Shown here piece after piece: positions 29,198 through 35,872 of a stretch of 35,872 nucleotides of DNA. Position 1 is the first letter of the stretch, and every line of letters starts with the position of its first letter. A program made the position numbers and the translations under genes. Under the pieces are notes generated by a model. That model was not told where the DNA came from. It ran no database searches and saw only the letters and a program-made list of their open reading frames with translations. The stretch covers positions 1 through 35,872 of the forward strand of contig JBDHDE010000027.1 of assembly GCA_039591655.1 (NCBI GenBank). The letters are read 5' to 3'. The stretch comes from Gemmatimonadota bacterium. Lineage in GTDB: Bacteria > Gemmatimonadota > Gemmatimonadetes > Gemmatimonadales > GWC2-71-9.

Positions 29198-30652
29198 CTA
29201 CCCCACGTAGAGATCGATGATGCGCTCGATGGCCCGACGACACACGCGACAGAACCCCCGCATGTTGCGCGTGAACATGATGCAGTCCACCTCGGACCGG
29301 TACAGGCCCCGCGCCTCATAGGCCGCGCCCTCGAACGCGCCCACCTTGCCGGCGTTGGGCGTCGAGGAGAGCATCTGTGTCTCGATCTCCCGCTGCTCTC
29401 GGAAGAGAGCATCATAATCGGCTTCCGAGGCGTTGGAGTCAATGAGCCGCTGCCGCCGCTCCCGGATCAGCCGCGCGTGCTCTTCGAACTCCTGCTTGTT
29501 CCAGGACGTGGGAAGTGGAGTGCCGGCCTCGACCAGATCTCGCCACTTGAGCTGGGCCGGATCGTGCAACGCCGTGACGTTGGCTTCCCAAGGCTCCGGG
29601 TGCTCCTCGCCGCCGGTCTCGTACGCTACTGACGACGTGTAGTACTCGTCTGCCAGGCCCGCGAAGTGGTGGCCGAACTCGTGAACGAAGACGTAGTCCG
29701 AGAACTCCGAGTCGACGGCGCTCACTGCCTGCCAGTTGTAGATCCCGCCGCCGCCGTACTGCGCGCCGTTCACCAGGATCGCCACGAACTCGTATGGTGC
29801 CGCCGACAGCACGTCCCGCAGGGTGCGGTTGTCGGGAGTCAGCAGGTACCGCTCGCTGTCGAAGATGCCGTACTGCGTGGAGAGCGGCGTGCGGCGCCAG
29901 CGCTCGGAGTGCGGTCGGGTCACCCCGGAGGCCGGAGAGGGCAAATCGATCCCCCGGACGTTGAAGTCCGACTTGCGGCTCCGGAATGGCTCGTAGGAGA
30001 ACAGTCCATCGATGAGCCGCTCGGCATCGGCGTGCAACTTCTCCTTTTCCTCGGCCGTGTACCCCACGCCCAGGACCACCAGGTCCACCTTCTCGCTCGG
30101 GGGGCCGTGCTCGAACAGCGTCCAGACCTCGCCCCGCGCCTCCAGGTCTGCCGGGTTGACGAAACGCGAGCCGGGGTCCACCTCGAACGTGGTGAGCTCC
30201 ACGAAAGCGCCTCCCTCGGATCGCTTCCGGAGGACGACCTTCACTGGCTGCCTCGGCCAGGGGAAGCGCAGGGACTCGTGAAAGGTCCGGTGCAGATTCT
30301 TGGCCTCCCCCGTGGTCTCCCATTCCCCGTACAGGGAGGCGAAGCCCCGGGAGTAGAGGAGCCTGCCGCTGGCTGCATCGATGACCTCGAAGAAGTACTT
30401 GCCGAAGTTGGTGTCGTCGACGAGGCGGACCCCGCTGCCGGCCCAGGCGCCATCCGATACGACCCGGTCCAGGCTCACGATCTCCCCGCTGGCGTCACCG
30501 GTGTGGTAGTAATCCACGCGCATCGTCTTGTCGACGAAGAAGTCGTCGAACGCGACTTGCTGTGCCGAGAGAGGTGCCGCCGCAAGCCACGCGAGCATCA
30601 GCGAAGCCACCAGCTTGTATGGGCGCACCGTTCCCTTGCTCATTGTCTTCAT
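29198..30652 (-). CDS. Peptidase M64 (IgA peptidase) family protein with N-terminal domain
   Basis: Signal peptide; YGGGGIYN, HEFGHHFAGLADEYY, EPWEANVT, GAFEGA..CIM..FCRVC. Confidence 0.92.
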   Translation of the reverse strand: MKTMSKGTVRPYKLVASLMLAWLAAAPLSAQQVAFDDFFVDKTMRVDYYHTGDASGEIVSLDRVVSDGAWAGSGVRLVDDTNFGKYFFEVIDAASGRLLYSRGFASLYGEWETTGEAKNLHRTFHESLRFPWPRQPVKVVLRKRSEGGAFVELTTFEVDPGSRFVNPADLEARGEVWTLFEHGPPSEKVDLVVLGVGYTAEEKEKLHADAERLIDGLFSYEPFRSRKSDFNVRGIDLPSPASGVTRPHSERWRRTPLSTQYGIFDSERYLLTPDNRTLRDVLSAAPYEFVAILVNGAQYGGGGIYNWQAVSAVDSEFSDYVFVHEFGHHFAGLADEYYTSSVAYETGGEEHPEPWEANVTALHDPAQLKWRDLVEAGTPLPTSWNKQEFEEHARLIRERRQRLIDSNASEADYDALFREQREIETQMLSSTPNAGKVGAFEGAAYEARGLYRSEVDCIMFTRNMRGFCRVCRRAIERIIDLYVG

Positions 30653-30674
30653 CCTCCCGTCTCCATCCGCTCAG

Positions 30675-31187
30675 TTAGCCTTCGGCCTGTGGGTACGCCA
30701 TCGAGGGGTATCCCAGCTGCTTCCTGAGAAAGGCGAGCTGCCCGATGTGAAACGCCTCGTGCTGCAGCAGGAATGCCACGCCCCCCAGCACGCTGGGATC
30801 CTCCACCGGGAACTCGTGAGGCGCCGGCGCGGCCAGCTCGTGCCACGACGCCGAGGCCATGCGCTCGGCCAAGGAGCCGGATGCCGCGCTCCACTCCGCG
30901 CGCAGCTCCTCGAGGGTCGGAAGCGATTTGACCTCGGAAGCGTCGGTGACGTCCTTCAGCCGCTCGCCAATGGGATTCGGCAGCTCGAGCCCGAGCATCG
31001 CAGCGAGGTGGCACCGGGCGTCCACCAAATGACTAGCGATGAATGCCATGCTGTTCGTGCTGTCGGTGAGTCGCCGGGCTCCGTGCTCCTCCGAGACGCC
31101 ATCCAGGCAGTTCAGAAACAGCGTACCGTTGAGTCGGAGCAGCGCGAGGTGGGAGCGAAGCGGCGTAGTGGGGTGACGGGCGCTCAT
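30675..31187 (-). CDS. DinB family protein
   Basis: NSMAFIASHL and QHEAFHIGQLAFLRKQLG motifs. Confidence 0.85.
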   Translation of the reverse strand: MSARHPTTPLRSHLALLRLNGTLFLNCLDGVSEEHGARRLTDSTNSMAFIASHLVDARCHLAAMLGLELPNPIGERLKDVTDASEVKSLPTLEELRAEWSAASGSLAERMASASWHELAAPAPHEFPVEDPSVLGGVAFLLQHEAFHIGQLAFLRKQLGYPSMAYPQAEG

Positions 31188-31210
31188 GGTGCCAAGGCCG
31201 CCCGGGTTGC

Positions 31211-31336
31211 TCAGCCCCGCTCCTTCTCGCGGGCCAGCTTCTTGAGCCGCCGCTTCTTGCTGGGGCGCGGGCGCCGCCTGCCGTACGTCCCACGGTACAG
31301 CTTGCCGCGCCTGGAGCGCTGATCTCCCTTGCCCAT
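31211..31336 (-). CDS. thx: 30S ribosomal protein THX (bTHX/bS31)-like, 41 aa (not in ORF track)
   Basis: Manual translation MGKGDQRSRRGKLYRGTYGRRRPRPSKKRRLKKLAREKERG matches the THX pattern GKGD.r.rRGK..rGtyG..RP. Confidence 0.9.
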   Translation of the reverse strand: MGKGDQRSRRGKLYRGTYGRRRPRPSKKRRLKKLAREKERG

Positions 31337-31430
31337 GAGTCGATTCCGCGTTCCCAATCGGTTCCCGGAGACTACACCGGGAGTCGCTCCGCGCGCAACG
31401 TGATGTGAGCTGGGGCGGGTCCCGTTGTCG

Positions 31431-31886
31431 CTACTTCTCGGAGTGCCTCAGCCAGCGTAGCCCGAACTGCTTGTTCGCTTCCGGATCTCGAGGAAGCTCC
31501 GCGGCGGGGACCTCCAGAAAGGTCTCGAGTTGCATGAGGGAGCCGCGGAGCACCTGCGCGGTGGCCTGCGCACGGATGTGCTTGTCCAGCAATGTGGAGT
31601 CGCGGCGTCCCTCCACGAAGTCCAGCAGGACAGCCAGGCCCTTGCGGATCTCCTCCTTGGGATAGGGGAGGAGAGAGGCCGGCTTGAATGTGCAGTCGAC
31701 GAACTCGTGGGACTGGTCGGCCAGGACCCTAGCGTAACGCTCCCGGATCTCATCCAGGAGCGCCACGTGTCCGGGACGCTCGAGGTTGTACCATCGCGGG
31801 AAGCGCGCAGCGCTCCTCAGGCGCGCTCGCCATCCGAGCAGCCAGAGCACGGCGAGGATCGCGAGGAGGGCGTAGAGCCACTCCAT
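31431..31886 (-). CDS. Hypothetical membrane-anchored protein
   Basis: N-terminal TM helix; tightly packed in a minus-strand gene run; no family recognised. Confidence 0.65.
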   Translation of the reverse strand: MEWLYALLAILAVLWLLGWRARLRSAARFPRWYNLERPGHVALLDEIRERYARVLADQSHEFVDCTFKPASLLPYPKEEIRKGLAVLLDFVEGRRDSTLLDKHIRAQATAQVLRGSLMQLETFLEVPAAELPRDPEANKQFGLRWLRHSEK

Positions 31887-31895
31887 CAGCTGCGC

Positions 31896-32246
31896 TCAAC
31901 TCGTCTTCCGGGCCCGGCCTGACACGCGCACGTAACCCATCCGGAGCTCCGTGAGGGCCGCCTGGAGGTACTCTCCCTCGTCCTCCGTCAGGTTTCCCTT
32001 AGTCTTCTCCTCCAGCATCGCCAACGTCTCTATCAGCCGCTGAGCCGAGGACAGACCGCTCCCGACCCGCTTGGTGATCTGATCCGGCGTCAACGGCTTC
32101 GGCTCGCCCTCGGCTCCCGACGGGGAATCCCCGGTGGACGCCGTGCCGTCCTCACGGTCCAGCAGCTCCTCGACCGTCTTCAGGGTGAGTACTGAAGCCG
32201 CCGCCAGACTCGCCACGAACTCCCGGAAATCCGCCGAGGGGTTCAC
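31896..32246 (-). CDS. DUF1844-like protein
   Basis: IETLAMLEEKTKGNLTEDE..LQAALTELRMGYV; GGAGG RBS before GTG 32246. Confidence 0.8.
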   Translation of the reverse strand: MNPSADFREFVASLAAASVLTLKTVEELLDREDGTASTGDSPSGAEGEPKPLTPDQITKRVGSGLSSAQRLIETLAMLEEKTKGNLTEDEGEYLQAALTELRMGYVRVSGRARKTS

Positions 32247-32463
32247 GGGCGCACCTCCCACCGAATCTCCATGCCTGCCTCCATGGTGGTCTCGTTCTCA
32301 GGGCGCCCCGTCATACACGGAAGGCCCGCACCGCGCGTCGAGCCGGCACCGGCATTCGGCGCGGCCAGGCGATCCCCTAAGAAAAACGTCGGAGAACGTC
32401 CACACAAGCACGCCGGCTTGACCCGTACCTGCGAACCAGGCATCGTCCGCCGAACTCCCTCCT

Positions 32464-34437
32464 TTGGGGGCGGAAGTGACCGGACTGTTGTCGAGAGCGC
32501 CCTGTGTCACGAGCTCGGCCGCCGGCGCCGGACTCCCGATTCGGGTGCTCGCACTGTGGCTCCTGCTGGTGAGCGGCCAGGTCCATGCCCAAGCGCCCGA
32601 CCGGGGCATCCCGCAGTACCGAGCCGTTCAGGAGCGCCTGGCCACCGGCTGGAACACATGGGACTCGAGGAGCGTGCTCCGCTATGTGCTCCTGCCCGAG
32701 GGGTTCGCGCTCAACCTGGCACTGAAGCAGCACTACTGGCTGGATGAGAAGTACCTCCCGACGGCATTGATCGGCCGGTGGCAGGAGGGCGCCGAGCGCA
32801 TTCGTCCCGGAGCGCGGACCTACGACGGCTCGTACTCCGAGCTCGAGATCAGCTGGGAGACGCTACAGGCCCGGGTCCAGACCGCGAGCGACGGTGACGA
32901 TCTGGTCGTGCTGGTGACCCCTCTGGCTACGCCCGCGTCACGAGTGAAGCTCGTCGTGGAGGCTGTGGTGTTGTGGAACCGTCCGGGAGCGCTTGCCCGG
33001 GAGGGGGAGATACTCACTGCCGAGTTCCCGCAGCGCCTCGTGCGCGTATTCGCGACGGCGCCTCACGTGGAGGATCCGTACGTCGCGAGCAAGACGCCGT
33101 ACCTGGCCCTCGAGCTGAGTGAGCCGGTGGGGCTCTCCAGCGGCCGGCCGCGGACGCTGGCGGAGATCCAGGACATCATCGCCGAGCGCCGCGAGGCGTT
33201 GCAGCAGGATGCGAACCGCTACGGCGAGCTGGCGGAGGCCCTCCTGGCAGTTCAGGCTGGAGTCGCTTGGAACCTGATCTACGAGCCGCGGCACGACCGC
33301 GTCGTGTCCACCGTGGGCCGCTTGTGGAACGAGGAGTACGGCGGATACGCGCTCTTCGGCTGGGACAACTTCTTCCTCGCCTACATCACATCGCTCTCGA
33401 GCCGCGACCTGGCGTACGCCAACGTGGTGGAGCACCTCCATGGCCTCACCGATGGGGGATTCATCCCCAACGACAACCGCGGCAACGGCAGCAAGTCATG
33501 GGATCGTTCCCAGCCGCCGGTCGGCGGGATCATGGTGAGGGAGGTGTATCGGCGCCATCCCGAGCAGTGGTTCTTGGAAGCGACGTTTGACGCGCTCCTG
33601 TCCTGGAACCGGTGGTGGCCGACCAGGCGGCTCAACGAAGGCCTCTTGAGCTACGGGTCGCACGAGGCTGAGAACCCGTTCAACGAGCCGGCGGTCCGGA
33701 CGAAGCGTACGGCCGGATACGAGTCGGGCATGGACGACTCGCCGATGTACGAGGACGTGCCTTTCAATCCGGAGAAGAACACTCTCGAGTTGCAGGACGT
33801 GGGCTTGAACAGCCTCTATATCGCCGACTGTCGGGCGCTGGCGGAGCTGGCTCACGCATTGGGCAGGGAGCAGGTGCGGGGTGAGCTCCTCGCTCGGGCC
33901 GACAGCTTCGCAGAGCGCATGGAGTCGTTGTGGGACGATGACGCCGGCTATTACTACAACCGGCGCACCGACCTGGGCACGCTCTCACACCGCCGCTCGC
34001 CTACGCTGTTCTACCCCATGCTGGCCCGGGTGCCGAGCCCGGAGCGCGCGGACCGTATGGTCCGAGAGCACCTCCTCAACCCCGGCGAGTTCTGGGGTGA
34101 GCACGTCCTGCCGTCTACGACCCGCGACGACTCGTCGTTTGCTCGGCAGCGGTACTGGAAAGGCGCGATCTGGCCGCCGCTCAACTTCCTGACGTACCTG
34201 AGCCTGAGGAACTACGGAATGGAGGATGTCCGGCGCGCCTTGGCTGAGAGGTCGTTGCAGATGTTCCTAACCGAATGGCGGCGGCAGGGATACGTGAGCG
34301 AGAACTACTCGTCGATCACCGGGACGGGGGACGACGAGCGCCTCTCCAGTGATCCCTTCCACTCATGGGGAGCGCTGTTCGGCTTCATGGCGTTCATCGA
34401 GGCGGGGGTGCTGGCTCCGCCCGAGGAAGGCCTGTGA
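32464..34437 (+). CDS. GH63/MGH1-like (trehalase-like, (alpha/alpha)6) glycoside hydrolase, probably exported; start uncertain
   Basis: LFGWDNFF, DRSQPPVG, YESGMDDSPMY, YWKGAIWPPLN, ENY, FHSWG motifs. Confidence 0.85.
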   Translation: MGAEVTGLLSRAPCVTSSAAGAGLPIRVLALWLLLVSGQVHAQAPDRGIPQYRAVQERLATGWNTWDSRSVLRYVLLPEGFALNLALKQHYWLDEKYLPTALIGRWQEGAERIRPGARTYDGSYSELEISWETLQARVQTASDGDDLVVLVTPLATPASRVKLVVEAVVLWNRPGALAREGEILTAEFPQRLVRVFATAPHVEDPYVASKTPYLALELSEPVGLSSGRPRTLAEIQDIIAERREALQQDANRYGELAEALLAVQAGVAWNLIYEPRHDRVVSTVGRLWNEEYGGYALFGWDNFFLAYITSLSSRDLAYANVVEHLHGLTDGGFIPNDNRGNGSKSWDRSQPPVGGIMVREVYRRHPEQWFLEATFDALLSWNRWWPTRRLNEGLLSYGSHEAENPFNEPAVRTKRTAGYESGMDDSPMYEDVPFNPEKNTLELQDVGLNSLYIADCRALAELAHALGREQVRGELLARADSFAERMESLWDDDAGYYYNRRTDLGTLSHRRSPTLFYPMLARVPSPERADRMVREHLLNPGEFWGEHVLPSTTRDDSSFARQRYWKGAIWPPLNFLTYLSLRNYGMEDVRRALAERSLQMFLTEWRRQGYVSENYSSITGTGDDERLSSDPFHSWGALFGFMAFIEAGVLAPPEEGL

Positions 34438-34443
34438 GGCCGG

Positions 34444-35872
34444 TTAGGCGAGCCTGACGCAATCCTCTCCCAGCACGGTAGCGAGGGTGGCGACCAGCCG
34501 GTCCGCGTCCTCCTCGGAGAAGACCAGGGGCGGCTTGATCTTGAGCACGTTGTCGTCGGGGCCGTCGGTGCTCAAGAGAATCCCATGCTCTTTCATCCGC
34601 TCGATGACGTAGCGAGCCTGTGCCGTCGCCGGGGTCCGCGCCTCATGGTCGGATGTGAGCTCCACCCCCAAGAATAATCCCCGCCCCCGCACGTCACCGA
34701 CCATCGGGTGCGATGTCATGAGACGCTGCAGGCCCTTCTTGAGGCGGGCTCCCACCCGGAGTGCCCGGGCCTGCAGATCCTCATCGCGGATCACGTCCAC
34801 CACGGCGAGTCCCACGGCGCACGAGACGGGATTGCCACCGAACGTGTTGAAGTACTCCATCCCGGTGTCGAACGACGCCGCGATGTCCGGTGTCGTGACG
34901 AGGGCCGCAAGGGGATGCCCGTTCCCGATGGGCTTGCCCATGGTCACTATGTCTGGCACGACGTCCTGGGTCTCGAACCCCCAGAAATGCGTACCCACCC
35001 GGCCGAAGCCCACCTGTACCTCGTCGGCGATGCATACTGCGCCCGCTTGCCTGGCGTGCTCGTATGCCGCGGATAGGTAACCGGTCGGCAGCTCGATCTG
35101 GCCCCCGCATCCGAGGAAGGTCTCGCTGAGGAATGCTGCGAAGCTGCGGCCCGTGTCGCGGCCGCGGTCGAGGGCTTCCCTCACATGCGCGGCGTACTTC
35201 TCGCCGCAATCCGGGTCGGGCCGGCGGTACGGCCCGCGATAGTCGTCGGGCATCACTGCTTTGTGCACGTGGGGTGGCGCGCCCTGCCCGCCGGGGCCAT
35301 CGAACTTGTACGGGCTCACATCCACGAGAGCGTTGGTGTTTCCATGGTAAGCCCCCTCGAGCACGACGATGTCCTCGCTACCGGTGTGCGCCTTCGCCAT
35401 GCGGAGCGCCAGCTCGTTGGCCTCGCTTCCCGAGCAGACGAAGTAGCAGACGCTGAGGGGTTCTGGGAGCAGCTCGCACAGCCGTGCGGCGTAGTGCACC
35501 GCGTGCTCGTGCAGGTAGCGGGTGTTGGTGTTGAGCAGGGCGATCTGCCGCCGCGCGGCCCCGACGACTCGGGGATGGCAGTGACCGACGTGGCACACGT
35601 TGTTCACGCAGTCCAGGTACGCCCGGCCGGCTTCGTCGTACAGGAACTGCCCCCGTCCCCGGACGATGTGGATCGGCGCTGCGTAGGCCAGGCTCAGGTT
35701 CGGTCCGAGCCGTCGGTTCCGGGACTCCATCAACTGCGCCCGGTCCATGGTGTCGTCGGCCCTGACGCCGCCGGCGAGTCCGAGGATTAGGTTGGGATCC
35801 GGCGAGAGACTGAGCCAGACGCTCCGTTCGCTGGGAGCAGCTACACCCGGGTACTCACCTTCCCGGTCGAGT
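34444..35872 (-). CDS. Class III aminotransferase-fold enzyme (PHYKPL/ETNPPL-like phospho-lyase), C-terminal part of a larger protein cut by the window edge
   Basis: YLDCVNNVCHVGHCHP, LNTNTRYLH, SGSEANELA, ADEVQVGFGR, TMGKPIGNG, EYFNTFGGNP, KIKPPL. Frame stays open to the edge (..EYPGVAAPSERSVWLSLSPDPNLIL..). Confidence 0.9.
   Translation of the reverse strand, partial: LDREGEYPGVAAPSERSVWLSLSPDPNLILGLAGGVRADDTMDRAQLMESRNRRLGPNLSLAYAAPIHIVRGRGQFLYDEAGRAYLDCVNNVCHVGHCHPRVVGAARRQIALLNTNTRYLHEHAVHYAARLCELLPEPLSVCYFVCSGSEANELALRMAKAHTGSEDIVVLEGAYHGNTNALVDVSPYKFDGPGGQGAPPHVHKAVMPDDYRGPYRRPDPDCGEKYAAHVREALDRGRDTGRSFAAFLSETFLGCGGQIELPTGYLSAAYEHARQAGAVCIADEVQVGFGRVGTHFWGFETQDVVPDIVTMGKPIGNGHPLAALVTTPDIAASFDTGMEYFNTFGGNPVSCAVGLAVVDVIRDEDLQARALRVGARLKKGLQRLMTSHPMVGDVRGRGLFLGVELTSDHEARTPATAQARYVIERMKEHGILLSTDGPDDNVLKIKPPLVFSEEDADRLVATLATVLGEDCVRLA

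Noticed and set aside
28675..29442. Treating track ORFs 28675..28995 and 29014..29442 as two genes or a pseudogene
   Set aside because: They are in one frame, and the only lesion is a TGA at a conserved Cys followed by a hairpin. Sec recoding explains this better, though a nonsense mutation is not formally excluded.
32243..32443. 66-aa ORF with GGAG RBS overlapping the DUF1844 start (GTGA)
   Set aside because: No recognisable motif, and it occupies the probable divergent promoter region. It cannot be supported without conservation data.

Overview
GC-rich bacterial chromosomal window with about 34 CDSs. Gene content suggests Gemmatimonadota, which is an inference only. I saw no rRNA, tRNA, CRISPR array, transposase or phage genes. 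It carries housekeeping genes (leuS, serA with a class V aminotransferase, lat, a THX-type ribosomal protein), signalling genes (GAF-GGDEF cyclase, Ser/Thr kinase, MCP, ECF sigma/anti-sigma/PDZ cassette, TetR, PadR, Arc-like regulator) and exported peptide/glycan hydrolases (M14, M64, glycosylasparaginase, GH63-like). Main signals beyond the ORF track: (1) a DUF411 metal-binding gene split by an in-frame TGA at the first Cys of the CGCC motif and followed by a SECIS-like hairpin, a probable exported UGCC selenoprotein; (2) a 29-aa leader ORF with an anti-Shine-Dalgarno pairing upstream of lysine 6-aminotransferase, a candidate attenuator; (3) small genes missing from the track (THX, Arc/RHH) and clean palindromic operators, including a perfect 32-bp palindrome over the SPFH promoter. 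All product calls come from motif recognition by eye; no database searches were run.
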